From Styela clava (taxonomy: Eukaryota), in the NCBI RefSeq assembly GCF_964204865.1, contig NC_135254.1:21382199-21446198 (forward strand): DNA of 64,000 nt, given 5' to 3'. A program made the translations under genes and the position numbers. The notes under the pieces are model-generated. The model did not search any database, was not told the origin of the DNA, and saw only the letters and a list, made by a program, of their open reading frames with translations. Each line of letters opens with the position of its first letter. Positions within the stretch are counted from its first letter, which is position 1. Of the stretch, positions 11,186 through 23,017 are shown piece by piece.

Positions 11186-13879
11186 AACATCCGTATTTTC
11201 AACCAATCACAAGCGAGCAAATGTAAACAAACATTCTCCGCTGAAAGTCGCTCAGACAACTTTGGACGCGTTCCGCACAAGTTGGTGGCGGTTTAGGCAG
11301 ATCTTTGTACTTTTTTTCGCTTTTTGTTTTCTTCACAGGGCTGCGAGAATTTGAAAGCGGTAATACTGTATGTTACCGTACTTGTTGCAAATCACGTTCA
11401 CGAAATCTATATATCTATACTAAAAGGCTCTACCCGTTGCAAGCACCTTACAGGTACGGTACCGTACAGGTCAACCAACTGCTAGGCCTATTTCGAACCA
11501 AAAAATAGTAGACAGTTATGCTGATGCAATCAACGGTACCGGTAGCCTACCGTATGTCCGTACGGAAGAATTCACCTTCGATACGATGTTGCATTTTTAT
11601 TAACCAGAATCTACTAGTGAATTATTTTTTGAAAATAACTACGTGTAAACGCTGCGCATATGGTATTTGCCGGTCTGACAACCTGTACCGGTACGGTACC
11701 CCTGCCGTTCAAATGGAGTAAGATTTGTGCTACTTCCGAAGCCACATATTGACCACTAAAAGACAATGAGGTGGATGAAGGAATGCAACAGGCCTCACAG
11801 TCAAGTCAATCTAGGAAAAATCACCAGAAATACATACGTGTGTACCAAGGTAGGCCAACATCAATGTTGTTTTCGATACCTATGATTTATTCAATGTGTT
11901 AATTTTATATGAAATAAATTTTCATACAAGCAATGCGTTCCATCATGCATTTTCATGGAGGCAATGGACCAACTGATGAATACCCTGACCCTATATCAGA
12001 TTCTTATCACCCAACAAAAAGACACCATCAAATTGTGAGGTAAGGATCACTTATACCATAATTCAACTTTGGATCATAATTTAACAGGATCTGTCACCAG
12101 ATACTTCATTTGATACAGCGACGTGCGAATCTGACGAAAATGAGAAAGGATTGTCAAGGATCCAACCAGATATGCCCCCAAACTCTTTAGTTGAAACTAC
12201 CTCAAGCGCCACTGAAGAAAATGACAGCGCTTTGTCAGACAGCAGAAAATTGTAAGCAAGCATCATCATCATTTTATTTTGGTTCTCTGGCATGAAACAA
12301 CACAAAAAGTCAACATGCAAACAAAATGCAGAGAAAACTGGTAGTCGAGCATAACCTAAAATAGATTTTAAAAAGTACACGGCTACCTACCAGAAAAGAA
12401 ATAATAATAATAAAAGGGCACGGAAGAATTAACAAGATTCAGAATCGGGCAACACTTTTAACATAATTCAAAATGAGAAAACACATACTTCTTCCAGCAT
12501 TGGTGTCATATTTGCTAACTGTAAAAATGATGAATGAAGAAGGAAAATTAATATTGAAGACTTGTGACTTCATGCAGAATCTTTTAGTGCTCAGTGAGCG
12601 CAATTCTTCCATATTATCAGGAGATGAAACCAGGCAGCTCAATAAAATAACTCGGAAGTAAAATCATTGTGATACATTATGTCTGTGAATGGAATTGTGA
12701 AATGAATTTAATTCTAATATTTTGACGTTCCATTGCTTTCATGGTTTTTGTTTATTGTGCCCAAAAGCATATATGTGGTGTGTATTTTTATCCTATACAA
12801 CACAATATCTGGAAAACTGTATATTTTGTAGTAATTTTCTTGGATTTGCTTGTTCCTTCATCATATATTTTTTATAATCTGTTATATTCCATTTCTACAC
12901 TGAATGAATAAACTATATTGTAAAACCTATCAGATACCAGACTGTTTTTGGTTGAACCTGTATGATTGGAACTCTGGCTCGATCTAACTTTGTGGGCTTA
13001 GCACCAACTACAGACGACAAAACTGTTGGATCTATTTTGTTCCCTCCATATAGGTTGTTACCAATGCTGGGGAAGGCCTGTACACGCTTGGCTCAGCAGA
13101 AAATCTTTTATTCCCATCAATTTCATCTGTTGGATAGTCCTTGTTAGTTCAACGACATGGCAACAAGCACCAGTAGTTCTGATGAATATGTAACAATTTT
13201 AAACCATGTTTATCACTATAACATTATTGGTCTTGTAATTTTATGTGGTAAGTAATCAATCATAATACCTCAATAAACCTGTTGAATCTAATCTATCAAT
13301 AGTATATTTGCACCCCTCTTACTGAGCTAATAAAGACTCCGGCAGAGACTCCTGAACTTATCTATAGCATTTGGCTTTGAAATCTAGCGTTGAACCAAGA
13401 TTGACGACTGAACCATCATGAATGTATTTGAAAAAAATATTCATCTGTTCATAATTACAGATTGCTGTAGTTTGTGCAATGTTTCCAAGAATGTATTCAA
13501 AAGACATTTTTTAAACTGCCCCTGCATTTCATTTGCTTCTATACTAAATCCACCAATTCAGTCCTAACTTGGACGCTACCTATTAGTCTATGAACCATGG
13601 GATGCGGTACCGGTAGTCACGCAGGTCTCCCAGTCCTCTGACATTCTTCAACCATATAAGTTTAAATATCACCTTTCAAAGTTTTGTATCCCTCTCCAGC
13701 TGGGGCAAAGAAAAGGAGAACCAAGTCATAGAAAAGCCATCTCTGAGTGATTCCATTTTTGTATGTTAAATAGGCTTTTGGAACTAAGTTAGGTACGATA
13801 ACGACAATGTGAAGGCGGAATAACGTTAATAATAGATCACTTGACAATATGTTATAACTTCAGAAGCACGAAAATACCG

Positions 13880-14100
13880 CCATCGCCAGTAAATGCCATT
13901 CGAAGGCATTTGAAACGAGCAACGTACCACTTTATCGCCCTACACAAGCCTGAATATTTGCAATGTTTGTCTGAGCGAGCAAAATCAAAACAATAAAGGT
14001 CAAAGGTCGGGGAAAGGTCCATTGAATTATTGGACACGTTTAGTGGCCATAACGATTGTTTCAAAATTTTGTTGTTATTGTTATTTGTCTCCGTCTCCAT
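13880..14100 (-). repeat. unclassified interspersed repeat (family R2 copy, inverted)
   Basis: GGTCAAAGGTCGGGGAAAGGTCCATTCA is the reverse complement of the 57975 copy start. Confidence 0.45.
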
Positions 14101-14560
14101 ATTTAAAAAATCGCTTTTCTCTTCGAATACTGGACCAATTGCTTTGATATTTTCAGTGGTTAAAGATAAAATTTTTCTCCAGAAGGCTATTACTTTTTTT
14201 TCGCTATGACGTTATCAAAATTATTGCCACTGGGTGGCGCTACGTGTCCATATATTTGAGCATAGCTCTCTTGTTTCTTGATTTGAATTTAGGTTTCCGA
14301 TACACAACTGAAAACTAACGAATAGAGCTCAAGAACGCGAAAACGAGGTAATGTTTACGACCACGCTTGAAAATCTGTCTGGGTGAGAAAAGTGTCTGAG
14401 CGGATGCGAAAAGGGACCATTGTTACGTCACTTTTTGCATCTTCCTGATTGGCAAATGTCAAGATGTAAGCAAGGAAGTCGATGCTCTGGGAAAGGACCA
14501 TACTAACCACTTTTGAACCTGATATATAAATTGAAATAAGTAAAATTTTGGTCAAGAAAA
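14100..14560 (+). repeat. interspersed repeat family R1 (longest copy)
   Basis: CGCTTTTCTCTTCGAATACTGGACCAATTGCTTTGA...TTTTCAGTGGTTAAAGAT recurs at 40565..40860 (+) and 58195..58480 (+). It appears inverted at 4690..4830 and 24040..24140. Confidence 0.6.
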
Positions 14561-14721
14561 ACAGACTTAAAATTTCGACCGGAGGTTATAGTCCGGCAGA
14601 ATCGGGCCTTTACATTGTTTTGGGACATAAAGTTTTTTTCATTGTTTAGATATAATGTCGATGACATAAATAATGATACCCAGGTGGGTGTGGAGTATAT
14701 AATGTTGAGCAATTTTTTTAA

Positions 14722-14830
14722 ATGGATTTTAAGTATTCATACTAAGATGACGCACAGCCTGAATCCGAACCTGGTACACATGCAATGTTCAGGTTGTGCG
14801 CCATCTTGATACGAATACTTCGGGAGCACC
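14722..14830. repeat. foldback (hairpin) MITE, partial copy
   Basis: Carries the shared palindromic core CCTGGTACACA...CAGGTTGTGCGCCATCTTG...ACTTC.GGAGCACC. Confidence 0.5.
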
Positions 14831-16651
14831 TTTTCGTTAAAAACAATTATTTCATAACTACATGGGTTAGTTTTGAATACATATTAACATTGCATCTCCT
14901 TACAATGTCAGAAATTCAATTTCAGTAGAACAAATGGTAGTTTATTTCACTAATATAAGCCAAGATCCATCGACAGCATCTAGCCACTTTCTTTTGCGCT
15001 CGTCAAACTACATTTGTGTTGCTTCGGGCATTTCGTTTTCCTGCTTAAAGCTTAGGAACTTGGGAAATATTTTCTTAGTTGAAATGGATTGGAATATTCG
15101 ACCTCGTCTTTCACTCCGAACAAGGCCATGTAAAACCATCCACTGGTATCTAACGATGTGTAACGTGTTTTCTTTTGGAAGAACCGGAACCTTTCAGGTG
15201 CAGCATTGACTTTGGCCAAATTAATATATCCTTGTGGAGATAGAAGGTATGCGTGTGCGAAACCGAGATGTGCACCTGTTATTCCAACATAGTTGAGTCA
15301 AACATTTTGATCACTAGTACATCACACACATTTTCCTGCGTGCTTCGGTTGTATATACGTAGTAACGCGCACATTTTTGAGAACATGCATCAAACTCCAC
15401 TTGTTTATTGAGCTATAGGTTTTTGACGAGCTTTTGTGTATGATTTCATTTCATAGAATTTGTATGCTGTTTTAAAGAATACTAGTTTAAGCTTTTTTAT
15501 TCATTCAAACCGCGTGTTGGAAGTAAGTTATGAATACTGCGTGTTGGTTTTCAAATGGTTTATTAGTATCCATCACTTGACATCCTTAAATCGGTGACGC
15601 CAGTAAATCTTTAATACAAAAAAATCAGTATCATCTGCAATAAAAACAGCAGTACCTACTCAAATGACAGCTGGGGGATGGATACTCATATTATCTGCTC
15701 CATCGCGTGCCTCTTACTAGTTTACATGAGTGCCAATTGGTATCTAAGATCAGCCAGAGACAAAAAGTTTCGGACTGCGGTTGGCGAGACGAAATGTTTT
15801 AAAATATGTAGTCCACAATAAGATTATTTGATGCATATTACTGAAAGTTACGCCTTATATGTCATTTCCAATTGCACTATTTCTTTACTGATATTCAATG
15901 ATATGACGCTCATCTGACATAGTTTTTCAAGTGTGTAGATAGGTATAATCTTTTCCACGCTGTTCAGATGGGAATGCGCGAATATATCTGAGAATCGCTA
16001 ACATTGGTTCGCAATGCGATGAAATCCCACCTTGGCATTTATGCCTCTCGCAATTGCTGCGTATATTTATCGGGGAAGTTCTGTGGCGTGGTTATCAAAT
16101 GAAGAACACATGGGAGTATTTTTTCCACTTCTCTACTACTCTCAAACCTTGACATTTTGTCAAACCTTTTTTCCAGTGAACCTTTTTTCTTAAACATCCC
16201 CAACAACCACAATTAATTCTGTAATTAAACTTCCGAAACAAACAGATAAAATTATCAACAGATGCATATCACCAAGTCCTGAGTAGATATTGCTAAATTG
16301 ATCTTTATTTTACTATTTTCATGTAATGCTTTTTGGTAAACCTGTTATCTATCGTAAATGCAGCGCATTTGGCTATGTTGAAGTGTAACTATTTTGGCCT
16401 CACATTTTTGATATTTGATCTCTTGGCCTTGGTGCTCTGTCAAACAAAGTTACATACAAAATATTGGTTGTTGTACATGTTGTTGGAATAACTTGGCATT
16501 TTACCACCCGTATATATATCATTCATCGTCGAGAATAATAATGAAATCATAAAATCTAAAACCCGTTTTCGTGAATTTTTTGTTGTAGCTGAATTCGAGG
16601 GACAGCATGACAACAGGCAAGAGAAGCACTGTGGCCTCTTATACTTTTTGA

Positions 16652-16695
16652 CAGGGTTTCCTAAATTGGGACCCCGGTCTCCTTGGAGGCCACTG
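16652..16695. mobile_element. internally deleted hAT MITE remnant (both termini fused)
   Basis: CAGGGTTTCCTAAATTGGGACCCCGG is directly followed by ...GGAGGCCACTG. Confidence 0.35.
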
Positions 16696-17190
16696 ATCGG
16701 TTATCTGGGAGCACGAACAAACAGATTGAAATGCGAATATATAATAACAATGTATTTTTATAGAAGAGAAGAAGCAAAAGTGTTGAAAGTCTTTGGTAGT
16801 TTGGTAAAAAGCATTGAACATAAGAATGAACTACATTCTTTCTCAGGGATATACTATAAAATGCAGCAATTTTCTCATTCTTGTTTACGTGATAGCATTA
16901 TCTTTCTCTGCATTGTAGTGATCATCCTGCTACATAAAAAATCCTTTCCTTGCTAACAAATAATTGACTGTTCTCCACCGGGTGAATATCCACTTGAACC
17001 ACTGCCGACTGCATTAGCAGGCTTGTATTGTTAATTGCAACAAAAGCGGGTATTTTGAAATAGTACTCTTTAGTTTACGCGTATTTCAACAGTATTTCCA
17101 TATATATGGGTCGCGACTCAAAGCTGGGTTCAAAAAATGCCTAAAGTTATTGATTTTTATTTCCTAGTAAATTTCGTGCTTCCGTAGTTT

Positions 17191-17269
17191 GTGTACCAAG
17201 ATGGCGCACAACCAGAACATAGTATTGTAACAGGTTAGGTTTCAGGTTGTGCGCCATTATGGTGCACAG
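17191..17269. repeat. foldback MITE, partial copy
   Basis: The palindromic core GTGTACCAAGATGGCGCACAACC...GGTTGTGCGCCAT..TGGTGCACA is present. Confidence 0.5.
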
Positions 17270-17482
17270 ATTTGATGGAAAACACTAATACAAATATCGA
17301 GCCATAAAAAAAATTGCTCAAGGCTGCAAACTCCACACCCATGTAAAAATGATGGGCAATAACCCCAAGATGAATAATCACAAATAAAAAAAACTTTATG
17401 TCTGAAAACAAGGTTGGGCCCAAAAAGACCCCTTATCTGCCGGACTATTAGGAAACATTCAAAGTGATCGCTTTTTACTAGA

Positions 17483-18006
17483 TCAGTGGTTCCCAAACTA
17501 TTTGAAAAAAATTCCATGACGGACCCCTTGCAATTTTTTGAATGATTCCCGACCCTGCGCACTAAAACAAAACATTAAAAGATCACAACAAAAAATCAAT
17601 GCGCCGTTAAGTGAAACGAACAAAAGAATATAAAGCGCAACTCTTATGACATGTGTGACATCCAGCCTGTTCCGATATTTGGTAAACGTACAAAAGGGCA
17701 ACAACACCTACAGCCCTGCAGTTAGTAAACTCGTGGTAACATGAATTGAACTCTCTCTGTGATATCACAAGCACACAGCTATGTGACATCACAATGAGGC
17801 AGTGTGATCGAAACAGAAAGTGACGAATCAGTGTCTCCAACGGTGATTACGAAGCAGAAAAAGGCGACAAATGTGTATTTGTAAATTTAAGCACTTAATT
17901 TTTGTATTATCGAGCTATGAGTCATATTACAGATTTGTTTCGCGGACCCTCCGAAAGTACTTCACGGACCCCAAAGGGTCCGCGGACCCCAGTTTGGGAA
18001 CCACTG
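17483..18006. mobile_element. non-autonomous hAT element (MITE, about 520 bp) with perfect 8-bp TSD TACTAGAT
   Basis: The termini are CAGTGGTTCCCAAACT... and ...AGTTTGGGAACCACTG. Identical TACTAGAT flanks sit at 17475-17482 and 18007-18014. Subterminal GGACCCC repeats are present. No coding capacity. Confidence 0.8.
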
Positions 18007-19278
18007 TACTAGATTATCATATGCGGCTGCCACGCTTCAAGAAAAAAGTGTTCCCATGAATTCAAACGACAATAATTTATCAACACAATGGATCATATAC
18101 AAACAATACATAAATTTAATGGATTATAAAAACCTAGTTTGATATATCTTTCCACTTTTTTACGCGATCTCATTATGAGTAAACTAATAAAAACTCGTAC
18201 AAACAATTACGCAGTTGTGTCATGCATGACTACTTCCAGTGTAAACAATTCTTATCTCCTGACTAAGGGAAAACCCCCACAATTCAGGTTGCCTTGAAAA
18301 AAGTGCAGGCTGTGGGGCGATGTAGACTATAATAGGCGTACTTATAGAGTACATATTTGTGTTTTATTCGTTGACGTTTGTTTCTATATATTTGGTATTA
18401 CATGAAGATATGTTTTAGGGCGAAAATTCGTCGTTTATGTCGATTCCATAATCGGCAACTTAGGTACGCGTACCGTACCGTAACTAGCAAACGATAAAAT
18501 ATTTAATAAAAATAAATAAATGAAACTGATTACGGTACAATACCAGAACAGCAATCAAAAATATGGGTAAGATTTAAAACTTACAGAATTTGAATTAAAA
18601 GGTCTTTCCAAAGGGAAGTCAGTAAGTACCGGTACCGGTAATAAATTTATTTACACACCGGTCTTACTACTTACTGAATACAGCGCGAAACATCGCAAAG
18701 AGCGCAAAACAGCGCGAAAGAGCGCAAAACAGAGGGAAACAGTGTGAAGCAGAAAATTTTTTTGCAATGAGGCACTTTGTTTTGAATTGGAGTACCACGG
18801 CAGCAAATTAAAAACACAAACCAACGTTGTAGCCAGTAATGCTGTAATGCAGTAATGGCAGGTCTGCCCCTGCTGGTGACACATTTTGGGTATCATAATT
18901 TAGAACATTTTCCATATGGATATAGTTGGATTTAGGGTTAGGGTTAGGTAAAAAGCGGTCTTACTATTTACTGAATACAGCGCGAAACACCGCAAAGAGC
19001 GCAAAACAGTGCAAAACAGTGGGGAAACAGCGCAATTCAGCGCGAAAGAGCGCAAAACAGAGGGAAACAGTGTGAAGCAGAAAAAAAATTTGCAATGAGT
19101 TCGGGGCACCTTGTTTTGAGTCGGAGTACCACGGCAGCAAATCAAAAACAGAAACCAACGTATGTAGCCAGTAATGCTGTAATGACAGGTCTGCCCCTGC
19201 TGGTGACACATTTTGGGTACCATCATTTAGAACATTTTCCATATGGATATGGTTGGCTTTAGGGTTAGGTAAAAAGGG

Positions 19279-19394
19279 ACCTCCAGAAGTATGTGCACCA
19301 AGATGGCGCACAACTTGAAAATAGTATGTGTGTGTGTGTGTGTGTAGCGGATTCAGGTTGTGCGACATATTGCTGCACATACTTCTGGAGCACC
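19279..19394. repeat. foldback MITE with (GT)n loop
   Basis: CCTCCAGAAGTATGTGCACCAAGATGGCGCACAAC..(GT)n..GGTTGTGCGACATATTGCTGCACATACTTCTGGAG is a near-perfect hairpin. Confidence 0.65.
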
Positions 19395-19668
19395 AAAAAG
19401 GTAGATAAAATTTCGCATGATGACCTATAATCCGATACATAACCTTGTAAATATACCGGAAATAGCGCCATAAAACCATGGCGAGAGGCGCCGTGGTTCT
19501 TTCGTGGCAGGAAGTGGTAATGACTGCGTCTCCTGTTTTGCGCTGTTTCCCTCTGTTTTGCGCTGGTTTCCTTCTGTTTCGCACTGTTTTGCGCTGTTTC
19601 GCGTGGTTTTGCGCTCTTTGCGGTGTTTCGCGCTGTATTCAGTAAGTAGTAAGACCCGGTAAAAAGAG

Positions 19669-19795
19669 CCTCCAGAAGTATGTGCACCAAGATGGCGCAC
19701 AACTTGAAAATAGTATGTGTGTGTGTGTGTGCGTGCGCGCGTGTGTAGCGGATTCAGGTTGTGCGACATATTGCTGCACATACTTCTGGAGCACC
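19669..19795. repeat. foldback MITE with (GT)n loop, second copy
   Basis: Same structure as the copy at 19279. Confidence 0.65.
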
Positions 19796-20798
19796 AAAAA
19801 GGTAGATAAAATTTCGCATGATGACTTATAATCCGGTACATAACCTTGTAAATATACCGGAAATAGCGCCATAAAACCATGGCGAGAGACGCCGTGGTTC
19901 TTTCGTGGCAGGAGGTGATAATGACTGCGTCTTCTGTTTTGCGCTGTTTCCCTCTGTTTTGCGCTGGTTTCAATCTGTTTCGCGCTGTTTTCCTCTGTTT
20001 TGCGCTGTTTCGCGCTCTTTGCGGTGTTTCGCGCTGTATTCAGTCAGTAGTAAGACCCTCTACACATTCATGATAATACAAGGCTCGGCCATGTGGCGCA
20101 TCATGATAAGCGTTCGCACCCCTGATTACCATATGTGCCAGACTGGATTCTGTGGCAGGTGCACGTCTAGGTGTACGCTCGCAAAAACCAACTGACTATA
20201 GATAGACGAGGGTCTCGTGCAGTTTCGTACCTAACATACTTCTAGTGAGCGTATCGCAATAATTTTTCGAAATATCAATCCTAGCCCTCACCTGACTAGG
20301 CCATCCAAGACGTTAAATATACATACGATCGCCCGAAATGGCATTGGCGCCGACGATAAAGAACTGACTAATCTCAGTGATCTCACTCATATTGGGATTG
20401 TTGCGACGAGAAAACGAGAGAAATAGTTATTCGATTTGGGATGCTCGTCTGCGCATCTTGGACAACAGTTCGTATAGTTTGAAGGGCTCTATTACGTCAC
20501 TGTGACGTAATTTTTGGATGGCGTAGTCAGGTGAGGGTTAGAATTGATATTTCAAAAAATTGTTATGCTACGCCCACTAGAAGTGGATTAGGTACGAAAC
20601 TACATGGGACCTGATAGATAGACGATACACCTTTAAGCTTACACGAGCTTGAACATGTCAAAATCCATGTAGATAAACAATTAAATGGGCTTCTTTTTTT
20701 GTTATCTTCATCGCATCCTGTTTGTGCCAATTAATTGACCATTGACATATGCAAAAATGTGCATTGTCGCCATCGTTTTGCGCATAGGACTTTTTTGG

Positions 20799-20910
20799 GA
20801 CCTCCTGAAGTATGCGCACCAAGATGGCGCACAAACTGAACTCAGGTTGTGTACCAGGTTAGGGTTCAGGTTTTGCGACATCTTGGTGCGCATATTTCAG
20901 AAGTACCCTT
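20799..20910. repeat. foldback MITE
   Basis: Hairpin of CCTCCTGAAGTATGCGCACCAAGATGGCGCACAA...GGTTAGGGTTCAGG...TTGCGACATCTTGGTGCGCATATTTCAGAAG. Confidence 0.6.
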
Positions 20911-21540
20911 TTTTGTATTCAGCATTCGATGTAGATCAACAAATATAAAGAAAACAGACATGGCGAGTTAGCTCTCTCTCTCTCGCATCCAACGGCTGTT
21001 TAGAATAAAATGAGACTGCCGGTAGCGAAATAAAACTTTGTAACTAATAACTAGGTTAGATTGTATACTGTTGATTTAGTGCTCACACAATCAATTAATA
21101 TAATGATATATTTAGCGTTGAGACATCTTTTACGTGTCGAGTACCGTACGATACCGGTATGCCTTTCGGTACCGGTATATGAGCACGTTTTCTTGTCACT
21201 TTGTTATCCCTTGCACAGTATTCTAACCAAACACATTTGATTTAATATATTTATCCTAGCTATTGAAGTTGTAAGTAAAAACAGCCACCTTTCCATCTCC
21301 CATTACAAGAAGAGCTTTCGTGCAGTTGCAGGCATACCCGTTAACCGCCGTCGCATGGCGAGTGGTCCATGGCAAGTTATTCTACATGGCGAGTTAGCCG
21401 TCAGCCACTTCAACCATGCCAGTTCTTTTTTTATTTATCATCTTTGAGAACTCTGAAACTTCCTGTTTTTTTCCACTTCATCCTTTTCATGTTTTAGCCT
21501 TTTAGTGATGTCCAATCAAAATATTGAAGAGTTATATCGG

Positions 21541-21735
21541 CGCGGCGGTGTGGCTCAACGGGCTAAGCGTTAGGAATACGCTCGCCACCACACCTCTAAT
21601 TACTCTGCGTGGGTTCGCAGGTTCGAATCCCATGCAGGGATGGTTAAGTCCATGCTTCCGGAAACAAACAATATATAACTAATCCCATACCCGACTCGGA
21701 ATGGTAACCGGTTTCGCAATGAAATATTGGTGATT
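21541..21735 (+). mobile_element. tRNA-derived SINE copy
   Basis: A tRNA-like head carries an A-box (TGGCTCAACGG) and a B-box (GGTTCGAATCC). A family-specific body ...GTCCATGCTTCCGGAAACAAA...AATCCCATACCCGAC..GGAATGGTAACCGG follows. It is too long and too insert-rich to be a functional tRNA. Confidence 0.75.
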
Positions 21736-23017
21736 CATTATTACGATACTTGTTACGTTTGTGAGATTACCAGAAGCCTGCCCTGATTGTGAACAGCCGA
21801 TTTGGTGTAAATGATTCAGGGCAGAATGACATGATTATTCGACAGGAACTCATTTTTTACCGTACATTGTATTTAGCAGTTTTTGGGTTGGCATTGATTT
21901 AATGCATTTAGTTGTAGAAGCAGGGTTGAACTAGCTTGGCTGCAAGTTCCTTACCAATGGTTTTACATGGAAACACAGTAACAAGTCTGGCGAGTTCAGT
22001 TTTTTAGATGAATGCTTGATAGATACAAACATTTGGTGTTCATGACAAAATGTATGATGTATTGTTTTGCGCAGGTGGTTCGGGAATAGTGGAATAGGGC
22101 AGTACAAAAAATATGGCCATCTCCGAAGTAAATGCTGACTCATGACACACATAAACAATAAAAAATGAATAAAAAGAATTGACAAAGAAAACATTTTGCT
22201 ATAGGTTAACAATTGATTAGGAATGAAGTTATTTCAAAACTTTCCAGAATATTAAAAAAATCGAAGTGATTAAGATTTAGGAGGCAAAGTATATCATATT
22301 ATTCAAATGACATGGGATGATCTCTTGACGAAATGATTGAATTATAAATTATAATCTAATAACATTCAGTTTGTTCGCATCTATTAAAATCACAACTGAT
22401 TCACTACTATACTGAATTTTACATACTGTAAAATATTTTATAAATGATATTCATTACACTGCTAACAACAATGGAATGATTTAAATGCAATTGCAGTGCC
22501 GATAAAATGATCAAATCTTTTTAACAAAAAATGTGACTTTCTATTTTAAAAACAGATAACTAACTATACAACTTTATGTTTCATTTTGTTTGGTACTGAT
22601 TCCACCCCTACATTTTTCTATGAGCATAGGTATTGCTCATTATGGGGCTGAATAGATTAAAGGTGAGTAAAAATTTAGATTTTTGTTGGTGAGCTGAGTT
22701 TTATATTGGGTATCTGGCTATATCTTCATTTCATTGGCGAATTTGTACAGCCAAATTCAACCAACATTAAAAATGAAAGCTTAAAGCTTTTGAATTGGCA
22801 ACACATGATGGAATTTTGCTTTAGGTTAATAGAATTTTGAAATTTGAATTTATAAGCTTCAAAAATGGCTAATGATCTCATATTTTTCAGGAATTGGAGG
22901 GGAGAAGTATTCAAGCTCTTCCAACAATTAAAAAATCCCCAACCAATCGAAAATGCCTCAGGAATAATAGGTGAGTCATTTACTTTTTGCTCTATTGTTC
23001 GTTATCGTCGGAATTGG

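Larger units (their letters stand above)
18651..20065. repeat. complex repeat cluster: two direct and two inverted copies of a 300-390 bp unit with an 11-bp periodic minisatellite, short TTAGGG runs, foldback MITEs and (GT)n
   Basis: Units lie at 18651..18957 and 18958..19270 in direct orientation, and at 19395..19660 and 19800..20050 in inverted orientation. A GCGC(G/A)AAACAG-type 11-bp periodicity is present. GGGTTAGGGTTAGG appears at 18932-18950 and 19250-19268. Foldback MITEs sit at 19279 and 19669. Confidence 0.7.

Noticed and set aside
18925-18955. Telomere
   Set aside because: Only 3-4 TTAGGG units are present. They are embedded in a duplicated internal repeat unit with unique sequence on both sides, so this is an interstitial telomere-like motif and not a chromosome end.
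21541-21660. tRNA genes at the SINE heads (21541, 23018, 42196, 53455 rc)
   Set aside because: A and B boxes are present, but the spacing between them is far too long for a tRNA cloverleaf. Each is followed by the same roughly 150-bp non-tRNA body and tail. These are SINE promoters, not tRNA genes.
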